In this document: positions 1 through 8,303 of the stretch, piece after piece
How positions within the stretch are numbered: the first letter of the stretch is position 1
How the letters are laid out: each line of letters opens with the position of its first letter
IMG/VR virus record: IMGVR_UViG_2772190736_000001
Span: 26,634-90,633 of that record
Length of the DNA: 64,000 nucleotides
Direction: 5' to 3' (one strand)
From: a virus
Taxonomy: Duplodnaviria; Caudoviricetes
The notes under the pieces: model-generated
The model's database searches: none
What the model saw: the letters and a program-made list of their open reading frames with translations, nothing else
What the model was told of the DNA's origin: nothing
Translations under genes and position numbers: made by a program

Positions 1-53
1 GCCTTGGCCATATGGGTGCGATCACCGCACCATCCACAGATCGTGCTTGCCAC
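1..53 (-). CDS. 5' end of a gene running off the window (MASTICGWCGDRTHMAK...), Zn-ribbon N-terminus, possibly DUF4145-like
   Basis: GTG at 53, AGGAGG RBS at 58-63, CxxC motif, promoter at 118-140. Confidence 0.5.
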   Translation of the reverse strand, partial: MASTICGWCGDRTHMAK

Positions 54-117
54 GCTGCCTCCTGAGCTGTACAGAGCACGCCGCCGTACGGTGGTCTGCT
101 ACGTGTCCGATGTTCCG

Positions 118-140
118 ACGGTAGCGACAACCACCGACAA
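118..140 (-). promoter_or_regulatory. RecA-NDp/PafBC-type DNA-damage promoter
   Basis: TTGTCGGTG-N8-TACCGT. Confidence 0.6.
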
Positions 141-226
141 CTGCGGGGCAGCCCCGAGGGAAGCTTGACCAACTTATTTAGTGTGAGAACTCGTAGGACA
201 AGGCCATCCGGAACGGCCCGCAGGAT

Positions 227-946
227 CTACTCGATGGTGTCGTCGGCGATGACGCCCACGGCCGCGAGCGCGGTGAGCAGGTTGGCGAGCGCGGTGCCGT
301 CGGATCGAGAGCCGGTGACGGTCTGCGTGGAGGCGGGGGCTGCGCCTTCGAGAGCCACGATCCGTGCGAGCAGGTCGTTCCCCTGGGCGAGGGGGTAGAA
401 CTGGTCGCTGGCCCAGGAGCGATCTCCGTGCGGGTCGGTGGCCGCAGCGTGGTCGGCGATCTTTTCGAGCGTCCCGGCCGGGGTCTCGGCATCGGTCGCT
501 GGAGGTCCCTGCGGCCCTTGTGGCCCGGACGGGCCCTGCTCACCGCGGGGACCGGGGACGGTGACGTAGAAGGCGCGGGAGGGAGCGACCTGGTCGACGT
601 CGCCGAGGTCGACCTCGGTCTGGGTGGTGGACAGGGAGATGCAGAACCGGCGGGGGCCGGCGCCGACGAGGTTGACGGTGACCTGCCACACCCACTCGGC
701 CGGGTTCGCTCCGGGGATGTCGCAGGGCAGGAGGGGGACGCCCAGGGTGCCGTCGGTGTCGATGAGCCGGCCCTGCTCGTCGAGGGTGTAGACGCCGCGT
801 CCGGAGAAGACGATCCCACGGTCGGGCAGGACGATGGCGGGGGCGACGGGGGTGAACTCGACGGTGCCCTGGGCGGGCTGGCCGCCGGCCGGATTGGCGG
901 CGGTGTAGGTGACGAGGACGGTCGGTACCCCGGGAGGGAACGGCAC
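227..946 (-). CDS. Phage tail-associated/fibre-like protein with short collagen repeat
   Basis: 239 aa, AGGAG RBS, beta-rich N-terminus, GPRGEQGPSGPQGPQGP, last gene of late arm. Confidence 0.65.
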   Translation of the reverse strand: MPFPPGVPTVLVTYTAANPAGGQPAQGTVEFTPVAPAIVLPDRGIVFSGRGVYTLDEQGRLIDTDGTLGVPLLPCDIPGANPAEWVWQVTVNLVGAGPRRFCISLSTTQTEVDLGDVDQVAPSRAFYVTVPGPRGEQGPSGPQGPQGPPATDAETPAGTLEKIADHAAATDPHGDRSWASDQFYPLAQGNDLLARIVALEGAAPASTQTVTGSRSDGTALANLLTALAAVGVIADDTIE

Positions 947-958
947 GGCGGGCTCCTG

Positions 959-1702
959 TCAGTAGCGGCGACGGTCGGGGGCGAGCGCGGCGAGAGCCTT
1001 GATCGCGGTGCGGTTCTGCTGGCCGGGAGTGGACGGGGCGGGGACCGCCGAGGGGGCGCAGGTGTAGCGGGGCGCGGTGGGGTCGAATCCCGTGGCGGGG
1101 GTGCAGGTGTAGGTGACGCCCTGGGGGTCGGTGTACGTCCATCCGGCGGGCGGGCGGCCGTCGGTGCCGTCTCGGCCGGGCGGTCCGTCCTGTCCGTCGG
1201 CTCCGTCTTGGCCCGGGGCGCCGTCCTGACCGTCGACCCCGTCGACCCCGTCGAGGCCGTTGATGCCGTCGGCTCCGTCTTGTCCTGGTGGGCCGCTGGC
1301 GCCGGGCGGCCCGGGCGGGCCGCTCTGGCCGGGCGACGGAGACGAGGCGGCTTGCCCGGGGTCTCCCTTGTCGCCCTTCTCTCCCTTGTCGCCCTTCGGG
1401 CCGGGGATCGGCACGGGGACGGCCGCGCGGTCGGGGAGGTTGTCGACGGCGGCCGTCGGATCGGGGGCGACTGGGGTCTTGCCGTCCGACGTGAGCTGGG
1501 TGCGGAGCTTGCGGACGTCGGTGGCGAGTGTGGTGACGGCGTTTCCGCGCAGGTCTGCCTCGGCCGCGAGCTCTTCGGCCCGCCGGTCGGCGCTGTCGAT
1601 GCGGGCCCAGAGGATGGCGGCGATCCCGAAGAGGGCGACGAGGGCGCACGCGGTGGCGAGGCCGCGCCAGCGGGCGGCCAGGAACCGCTCGGTGCGGCTC
1701 AT
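959..1702 (-). CDS. Membrane-anchored collagen-like protein of the lysis cassette
   Basis: Start MSRTERF at 1702 overlapping upstream stop; TM helix, coiled coil, long G-X-Y repeats. Confidence 0.8.
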   Translation of the reverse strand: MSRTERFLAARWRGLATACALVALFGIAAILWARIDSADRRAEELAAEADLRGNAVTTLATDVRKLRTQLTSDGKTPVAPDPTAAVDNLPDRAAVPVPIPGPKGDKGEKGDKGDPGQAASSPSPGQSGPPGPPGASGPPGQDGADGINGLDGVDGVDGQDGAPGQDGADGQDGPPGRDGTDGRPPAGWTYTDPQGVTYTCTPATGFDPTAPRYTCAPSAVPAPSTPGQQNRTAIKALAALAPDRRRY

Positions 1703-2019
1703 CCGGGATCTCCTCCGAGGTGGGTGATGATCAGGCGTAGGCGGGAGTTCTCCGCCCTCGCGGCGGCCACGGCGGCGGTGGCCTCGGCCAGTGCGACGTC
1801 CTTCGCGACGAGCTGGCTGCGCAGGTCGACGTTCTCCTCCTTGAGGGCTGTCCGCTCCTCCTTGAGGTTCGTCCGTTCTTCCTGCAGCTCGTCCGTCAGC
1901 GTGCTCAAGCTGCTGAGGTTCAGCTCCCCGCGCTTGCCCACGTAAGCCACCACGGCGGTCGCCAGCACGCCAGCGAAGGCGACGAGCGCCCCCGCCAGCG
2001 TGACGGTGGTCGGGTCCAT
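1699..2019 (-). CDS. TM plus coiled-coil lysis-cassette protein
   Basis: 106 aa, N-terminal hydrophobic helix then heptad repeats; follows holin. Confidence 0.75.
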   Translation of the reverse strand: MDPTTVTLAGALVAFAGVLATAVVAYVGKRGELNLSSLSTLTDELQEERTNLKEERTALKEENVDLRSQLVAKDVALAEATAAVAAARAENSRLRLIITHLGGDPG

Positions 2020-2057
2020 TCACGGGGTCCAGTCCATGTGCGTGGGGGAAGGTGAGG

Positions 2058-2417
2058 TCAGGCGCTCGGGAGCGGCTGCTTCGCCGGCACCTTGGCGGTG
2101 ACCTGGCTGCGGTCCCACATGCCGACGGCGACGGTCACGAAGGCCATGACGACGGCCTGGCGTTCGGTGGACCAGTCGAGGCCGAAGCCGATGGACAGCG
2201 CGAGCGCGGCCTGCGCGAAGCCGACGATCGCGGCGCCGAGCCCGTCGTGGACGGCGAGCGCGATGAGGACGCCCATGACCGCCGCGGCGACGGCGTTGAC
2301 GGAGGCCTGTACTTCCGGGGACGCGTTCCAGCCGAATGCGACGACGAGCTTGACGAGGACGGCGATGAGGGCCAGCCACGCGGCGGGTTCACGGCCGAGG
2401 AACAGGGGGGTCTTCAC
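2058..2417 (-). CDS. Holin
   Basis: 119 aa, about 4 TM helices, GREPA motif, directly after endolysin. Confidence 0.8.
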   Translation of the reverse strand: MKTPLFLGREPAAWLALIAVLVKLVVAFGWNASPEVQASVNAVAAAVMGVLIALAVHDGLGAAIVGFAQAALALSIGFGLDWSTERQAVVMAFVTVAVGMWDRSQVTAKVPAKQPLPSA

Positions 2418-2441
2418 GAGGTTCTCCTGGTGGTGGTCGGG

Positions 2442-3527
2442 TCAGAGCTGCTTGGGGACGCGGAGGCGGTCCCACGAGGTCTTGCCGGGGATGCCGTTGG
2501 CGTCCGTGCCGGAGTAGCCGAGCTTGCGCTGCCACTTGGCGTACGACTGCCGGTCTGAGCTGGTGAAATGCGGGCCGGGCCCCTGGGCGTAGGCGGAGCA
2601 ACCTTCGGCGACCAGGCGGCGTCCCATCGCGGTGATGATCGGGGAGCGGCGGCCGGGGCTGAAGAACGCGGCGCCCGGAAACGGCTCGTTCGCCGGGGCA
2701 GCCGGAGCCTTGCCGGGGAGGGTGCCGAGGAGCTTCTTCAGGCTGGCCTCCCCCGGGATGCCGTCGGCGGCCTTCCCGGTGAGGCCCAGGGACTTCTGGT
2801 AGTCGGCGTAGTTCCGGGTGTCGGCGTCGGACCAGGTAGGGCTGGGGCCGTGTGCGTAGTGCTTGCCGAAGCCCTTGGCGACGAGGGCCTTGCCGACGCG
2901 GGTGACGTGGTCACCGACGGCGCCGTACCCGTATGGCAGGCCGTTGATGGTGACCTTGTAGCGGGCCGGGGTGGGGGTGCTGGTGGACGGCTTGCTGCCG
3001 CCGGTGCTTCCGCCAGGTGCGGGCTTCTTACCGACGATGGCGGCCGCGCGGCGGACGATCTCGTCGAGCTGGGCAACGATCTTCGGCCCGGGGCAGTCGG
3101 GGTGGTTGCCCCACGCCTTGCCGCCCATGCCGTGCCATCCGAGTCCCCGGTCGTCCGGCCCGGCGGCCCGCCGGAGAGGGACGTTGTCGTATGTCTGGTG
3201 GACCCAGGCGAAGATTTCGGCGTTGCGGTCGAGCTGCTGCTCGGTAAGGGCCTGGCCTCCGCGGCCCTCGTTCTCCGACGACAGCCAGGTTCGGTTGCCG
3301 TTGCCTTGCGCCCATGCGCGGTCGGCGGTGTCGACCCACTGGTAGAGCTCGCCGGCGCGGCCGGTGCCCCAGTGGGAGGAGGCTTCGGAGGCGGGGTTAC
3401 GGAACCAGGAGTCGGTGCCCATGAGGGTGCCGGCCATGATGTGCACGACGAGGCCGCGGACTTCTTCCTGGCCGCCCTTGCGGAAGTTCGGGACGGGGCG
3501 CCACGTGGCACCAGGCATGCGTGCCAT
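2442..3527 (-). CDS. Endolysin: N-acetylmuramoyl-L-alanine amidase with two peptidoglycan-binding domains
   Basis: LVVH, SSHW, AWAQG, ENEG, CPG amidase_2 motifs; two ADGIPG-type PG-binding repeats. Confidence 0.92.
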   Translation of the reverse strand: MARMPGATWRPVPNFRKGGQEEVRGLVVHIMAGTLMGTDSWFRNPASEASSHWGTGRAGELYQWVDTADRAWAQGNGNRTWLSSENEGRGGQALTEQQLDRNAEIFAWVHQTYDNVPLRRAAGPDDRGLGWHGMGGKAWGNHPDCPGPKIVAQLDEIVRRAAAIVGKKPAPGGSTGGSKPSTSTPTPARYKVTINGLPYGYGAVGDHVTRVGKALVAKGFGKHYAHGPSPTWSDADTRNYADYQKSLGLTGKAADGIPGEASLKKLLGTLPGKAPAAPANEPFPGAAFFSPGRRSPIITAMGRRLVAEGCSAYAQGPGPHFTSSDRQSYAKWQRKLGYSGTDANGIPGKTSWDRLRVPKQL

Positions 3528-3655
3528 CAGGCGTCACCTCGCTCAGCGAGGTCGTCGGCGGTGGCCATGTGGCTGACCTGGTTCTCGGGGGGCGTATCCC
3601 CGTCGTGAACGGGAAGGTCGGCCGAGTCGTTCTCGGTGTTCGCGGTGGCGGGCAT
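3527..3655 (-). CDS. Small acidic 42-aa protein upstream of endolysin (MPATANTEND...)
   Basis: AAGGAG RBS, TGATG coupling with endolysin start; below ORF-track cutoff. Confidence 0.55.
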   Translation of the reverse strand: MPATANTENDSADLPVHDGDTPPENQVSHMATADDLAERGDA

Positions 3656-3750
3656 GCCAGGCTCCTTGTCCCCATGCCGGTGGTCTGGATCGGCGCGCAC
3701 CTGCGGGGGTGCGGTCCCTCGGGGGTTGGAGCGTGGGCGGAGGGTCGCCC

Positions 3751-3800
3751 TGTGATCAGCGTAGAGGCGGGGTGGCGGATCGTTCCCCCTGCTCCCCTGG
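3751..3800 (-). promoter_or_regulatory. Putative phage late promoter (lysis cassette)
   Basis: GGAGCAGGGGGA-N20-TACGCT-GATCACA; same architecture before scaffold, portal, PKS and terS. Confidence 0.65.
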
Positions 3801-3802
3801 CA

Positions 3803-5362
3803 TTACACGGCTCGGGCCAAGGGGTAGTCGGTGGCGAGACCGATGTCCTCGACCAGAAGCCACGCCGGGTTGGAGGCGTTGGCGACCAGCTGGACGTTGC
3901 CGGTGCCGGAGGTGCGCAGCAGGCTGCCGATCAGCGGGGCGACGATGCTCGACCCGGTGGAGTTGATGACGATCTGGTCCATGTCCATGAGGACGTGCTG
4001 GCTGGCGACGGGGATCTGGTAGGAGTTGATGGAGTCGACGAGGGACACGCCAGCTCCGCCGATGCTGCCGCGCCAGACGCGGCAGCGGACGATGTCGTTG
4101 GCTACGGAAGACAGCAGTAGGCCGTGGAAGCTGATCCGGTAGGCGCGTCCGGCTTCGAAGGTGATGTTGGGGGTGGTGATGGCCGCGATCTCAGTGGTCG
4201 TGGTCGTCGCAGTGCTGGTCTGGCTCGCCTGGCACTTCTTGAGGCCCTTCCCCTGGTCGACGCTGCCGATCCGAAACAGCGTGGTGACGTCCAGGCTGGC
4301 GGCGGTGACCGGGCCATTGAGCTTGATGTCCGGGTCTCCGCCGTCGCGGGAGTCGATCCGGAATTCTGAGTTTCCGAGAGTTGAGGTGCCGAGCGTAAGG
4401 CGAGGCACGTTCACGCCGAGGGTGTAGGCCCCGGGGATGATCGTCATGCTGATCTCGTCGTCTTCGGCAGCGATGCCACTCAACGAGATCACGGGGCGGA
4501 TGGCCAACGGCGTGTCCTCGTTGGTCCACTCGATCTGGCCGTTCCCGAAGAACGAGTAGATGTGGGGGACGGACTCGTACCGGGCTATGAAGCCGGGGTC
4601 GTTGAAGAAGCCGCCGGCCAGGGTGACCTCTGCCAGGAGTTTTGCACCCGTCGTGTCCCAGATCTTGTATCCGTCTTCAGAGATGGTGGAGACCACGGCG
4701 CCGGCCGTGTTGCGGATGGTGATCACGCCATCGGGGGTCAGCTCGATGCGCTGTCCTGTGGCGGCGGTACGCAAGGTGGCACCCGTGATGACCTTGCCGT
4801 CGATGGCGTCGGCAGCAAGCTTGGTGCCGGTGATGATCCCGTCGGCGACATCGTCGGCGACGATCAGGGCGGGGGCGATCGGCCCGTTCTCGGCGGAGGG
4901 GGCTGAGGCGGTGCCGGAGGTGGTGCGGGTGAGGAGCCGTACGTACACCGGGGTGGCGGTCGGGATGACGACGATGGCGCCCTGCGCGGTTTCGATCGTG
5001 CCTACGAGGGTGGCCTCGGTCGGGGTGAAACCGGAGGTTGCGGCGGCGTGGACTTCGACGCGGGCGAAGTCGAGGGGGACGCCGACGGTGGTGATGAGCT
5101 GGCCGTCCCACTGGGCCATGACGCCTCCGATGACGGACGCGACGAGGGGCGCGGTGGGGGCGTCGGGGGTGGGGCCGTTGATGACGTTGACGGCGGTGGT
5201 GCCGTCGCCCTGCTGGCCGACGAGCGCGCGCAGGGATCCTGCGTTGTCGCGGACTTCGAGGGCGGTGTCGTCGATGGCGGCGGCTCCGAGGCGGGAGGAC
5301 CGCTCGATGGACGCGATCTTGTTCTCGAGTCGGGTGAGGCGGGTGCCGAGGTCGGCGGTCAT
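3803..5362 (-). CDS. Minor tail protein (receptor-binding/fibre-like)
   Basis: Start MTADLGTR overlapping upstream stop; FN3-like segment, ADAIDGKVITGAT fibre motif. Confidence 0.8.
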   Translation of the reverse strand: MTADLGTRLTRLENKIASIERSSRLGAAAIDDTALEVRDNAGSLRALVGQQGDGTTAVNVINGPTPDAPTAPLVASVIGGVMAQWDGQLITTVGVPLDFARVEVHAAATSGFTPTEATLVGTIETAQGAIVVIPTATPVYVRLLTRTTSGTASAPSAENGPIAPALIVADDVADGIITGTKLAADAIDGKVITGATLRTAATGQRIELTPDGVITIRNTAGAVVSTISEDGYKIWDTTGAKLLAEVTLAGGFFNDPGFIARYESVPHIYSFFGNGQIEWTNEDTPLAIRPVISLSGIAAEDDEISMTIIPGAYTLGVNVPRLTLGTSTLGNSEFRIDSRDGGDPDIKLNGPVTAASLDVTTLFRIGSVDQGKGLKKCQASQTSTATTTTTEIAAITTPNITFEAGRAYRISFHGLLLSSVANDIVRCRVWRGSIGGAGVSLVDSINSYQIPVASQHVLMDMDQIVINSTGSSIVAPLIGSLLRTSGTGNVQLVANASNPAWLLVEDIGLATDYPLARAV

Positions 5363-6456
5363 GCGGTTCCTCCGTACTGGAATGTGTCGGCTGGTGCGAG
5401 GTGGACGGTGGCCTGGGGGCCGCCGGGGGCGTCTGGGCGAGTGGCCCAGCCGGTGATGCGGCACCAGCCGGTGTAGGACGTCCAGGCGTTGTGGATGCGG
5501 GTGTAGATGTCGTCGCCGATCTGCCAGGAGCCGAAGGGGGCGGCTGGGTGGTCGCGGATGACGATCTGGTCGACGGTGCCGAGCTTCTGTCGGCGGACGC
5601 GCTCGCGGGCCGCGCGGGAAGCGAGGACGTCGTTGGCCTTGATGTCGGGCAGGTCCAGGACGTGCTCCAGGCGGAGCCGGCCGTTTCGTACGGCGGAGGT
5701 CTGGCGGCGCTTGGCGGAGCCGTCGCCTTGGCCGGAGGCGATGACGACCTGGGCGTAGTCGTCGCCGGAGAGGACGATCTCGGGGTCCTCGAGGATGTTC
5801 ACGCCGGAGGCGAAGGAGATGTCGGTGCGGCGGGCGCCGAGGCGTGGCCAGCCGATCCTGATCCGCTTGATGACGGCGGTGCGGGATGTGTTCCAGCTGG
5901 TTGCGCAGGTGTAGTCGGGGGTGGCGTCTCCGTCGGCGAGTTCGTCGAAGCGTTCCCCGAGGTTGGGGGTCTCCCAGGCGTTGAACTTGTACGGGTCGGC
6001 GGGCGTGCCGATGGTGGCGCCGGAGGTGGTGGTGTCGACGATGACGCCGAGGGAGCCGTCGGCGACGGACTGCGCGTAGGACCAGATGTCCCGCATCACG
6101 TTCGTGCGGTCGGCGTAGGTGTAGGGGCCGCGGCCGTTGAGCTCGCCGTGGAGGTCGTGGCGGCAGTGCAGGTAGGAGGACCAGGAGGCGGCCTCCAGGG
6201 TGAGTGTGTTGCCGCGGGGGCGGGCGTCCCAGACGAGGCCGCCCCATCGGATCTCGTCGTTCTCCTCCACGTACAGCAGGGTGGTGCCGGGGTCGACGAG
6301 GCGGGTGGCCTGGGCGGCCAGCTTGGGTGCGAGAGTGCCGGTGAGGCTGCCGGGACCGTTGAGGTCGGGCCCGTATTCGAGGCCTTCGAGGGGGAGGTCG
6401 TGGGTGAGCCACTCCCCCGTGACGGCGTGCTGGGTGAGGATCCGCCGGTTGGTCAT
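5359..6456 (-). CDS. Minor tail protein (baseplate hub/Tal-like)
   Basis: Start MTNRRILTQH; LNGPG, WGG motifs; position after Dit. Confidence 0.8.
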   Translation of the reverse strand: MTNRRILTQHAVTGEWLTHDLPLEGLEYGPDLNGPGSLTGTLAPKLAAQATRLVDPGTTLLYVEENDEIRWGGLVWDARPRGNTLTLEAASWSSYLHCRHDLHGELNGRGPYTYADRTNVMRDIWSYAQSVADGSLGVIVDTTTSGATIGTPADPYKFNAWETPNLGERFDELADGDATPDYTCATSWNTSRTAVIKRIRIGWPRLGARRTDISFASGVNILEDPEIVLSGDDYAQVVIASGQGDGSAKRRQTSAVRNGRLRLEHVLDLPDIKANDVLASRAARERVRRQKLGTVDQIVIRDHPAAPFGSWQIGDDIYTRIHNAWTSYTGWCRITGWATRPDAPGGPQATVHLAPADTFQYGGTA

Positions 6457-7388
6457 CGCGGGGCCTCTTCGAACTCGACATCGGCGATCAGCGTCGATGC
6501 CGTGTCGACGCTCATGTTTCCGGCGTTGCCGGGGAAGCAGCGGGCGCGGGCGCGCAGGAGCTGGGTGGTGCCGCGGTAGAGCGGGGGGATGGCGAGGGTG
6601 TCGCCCATGAGGTGGGCGTAGCGGCGCGTGGCTGTCTGGTTGTCGTCGACGCCGACGGCTTCGACGATGAGGAAGGCTCCGTAGGTGGCGGAGATGTCGC
6701 CAAAGACGGCGCCAGAGGCGAGGCGGAGGCCGCCGATGTCGAGGCGGATGCGTGCGGTGGAAGCCCAGGAGGGGACGGGGATGTTCCAGCCGGCGGCGGT
6801 GGAGAAGTAGGAGTAGGTGCTGGCGGTGCCGCCGATGGCGGTGGAGGACGCGGAGGGGGTCTGGGTCCACTGGCGGCGTTCGCGGCGGGGGTTCGCGATC
6901 TTCCGTACGTCTACGACCATGGCGTCGGTGATGGTGGCGGTGGACGCGGGGATGTCGATGCGGGCGAGCGGGATGCCGGTGCGGCCGTCGGGGATCGCCG
7001 TGGTGCTGGAGGAGACGTTGGAGATGACTTGGAAGTAGGTGACGGGGTCGACGGCCGGGTTGAGGGTGCCCTCGTACTGAGGGTCTTCGACGCGGAGGAT
7101 GACCAGGTCGGAGCGTGGTGTTCCTGCGGTGGGGGCGATCTCGATGGTGGCGGCGCCGACGTTGCAGGCGGCGTAGGAGCCCTGGAAGGTGTTGGCGCGG
7201 CCGCGGATGATGCCGGAGCCGTCGGCGATCTGGACGCCGCCTCCGGGGGTGGGCATCTGGGTCACCTTGAGGTCGTCGCCTTGGGTGATGCCTTCGGAGC
7301 CGAGGGACAGGTCGCGCACGAGCATGCGGAAGACCTCGGCGGGGTGGGTGGCGCCGTTGACGAGGATCGGCGCGGGGTACAGGGTCAC
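6453..7388 (-). CDS. Minor tail protein
   Basis: PRSDLVILRVEDP and IPLARIDIPASTATIT motifs typical of actinophage tail proteins. Confidence 0.82.
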   Translation of the reverse strand: MTLYPAPILVNGATHPAEVFRMLVRDLSLGSEGITQGDDLKVTQMPTPGGGVQIADGSGIIRGRANTFQGSYAACNVGAATIEIAPTAGTPRSDLVILRVEDPQYEGTLNPAVDPVTYFQVISNVSSSTTAIPDGRTGIPLARIDIPASTATITDAMVVDVRKIANPRRERRQWTQTPSASSTAIGGTASTYSYFSTAAGWNIPVPSWASTARIRLDIGGLRLASGAVFGDISATYGAFLIVEAVGVDDNQTATRRYAHLMGDTLAIPPLYRGTTQLLRARARCFPGNAGNMSVDTASTLIADVEFEEAPR

Positions 7389-7400
7389 GGTCGCGTCTCC

Positions 7401-8303
7401 TCAGAGGGCGGTGTAGGCGTCGCGCCAGGTCAGGCGCAGTCGGGCGGTGTTGGTGTTGTCGACGGCTGTCCAGCGCATCTCGGACTGCCCGGGTGGCAGG
7501 GAGAACTGGTCGATGCGTGAGGCGGGGCTCAGGTAGGAGAGGGCGTTGCCGCCGGTCTCGCGGGTGACGGTGCGAAACCCGGGCCGGGTGTCGATGTCGA
7601 TCCACTGGCCGGCTGTGAGGGCGAGGGTGGGCAGTTGCAGGGTGCGGCCGGTGGGGACGTGGGTGATCGTGACCTGGGCGCAGGGTCCGGTGATGCGGAT
7701 GATCGGCCAGGTGTCGGTCGTGCCGGCGTTGGTGACCCAGCCGGGGCGGTCGGCGGCGACGGTGCCGTCCTGGACGTAGACCGGGGCGACGACGGGGGCG
7801 GCGAATCCGCCGCCGGTGAGCCAGCCGAGGGGGATCTCGGCGACGGTTGTGGTGTCGGCGTACCAGAGGGGGTCGGTGGCGAGGTACTCGATGTCGAGGG
7901 GGATGTAGCCGTGGATGGAGCGCTGCATGTCGGCGTCGAGGCGGCGCACACGGCCGTGGAGGCGCTTGACGGGGCGGCCGGGCCATGCCAGGCGCAGGTC
8001 CTGGGTGGTGCCGGCGGTGAGGCGGATGGCGGCGGTGTGCAGGGGCTGCTGGAGGTCGGCGAGGAGGTTGAGTGCGGCCGCGCGGTCGCCGGGGATGCGG
8101 ATCGCCGCGTCGATCTGTACGGGGCGGGCGGCGTAGTAGTCGGGGCCGGGCCAGGCGCCGTCGAGGGACGGCTGATCGACGTCGTTGTCGCGTACGGGGG
8201 GCCGGCCGAGGCCGGTGATGTCGCGGATCTGCACGGCGGTGTCGGCGCCGATGACGATGCCGGCGAGGTCCAGTTGTCCGGTGGTCAGGATCGGGTCGGT
8301 CAT
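7401..8303 (-). CDS. Distal tail protein (Dit)
   Basis: 300 aa after tape measure; DPLWY, NAG...WP.I.ITGP, C-terminal WRDAY. Confidence 0.85.
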   Translation of the reverse strand: MTDPILTTGQLDLAGIVIGADTAVQIRDITGLGRPPVRDNDVDQPSLDGAWPGPDYYAARPVQIDAAIRIPGDRAAALNLLADLQQPLHTAAIRLTAGTTQDLRLAWPGRPVKRLHGRVRRLDADMQRSIHGYIPLDIEYLATDPLWYADTTTVAEIPLGWLTGGGFAAPVVAPVYVQDGTVAADRPGWVTNAGTTDTWPIIRITGPCAQVTITHVPTGRTLQLPTLALTAGQWIDIDTRPGFRTVTRETGGNALSYLSPASRIDQFSLPPGQSEMRWTAVDNTNTARLRLTWRDAYTAL

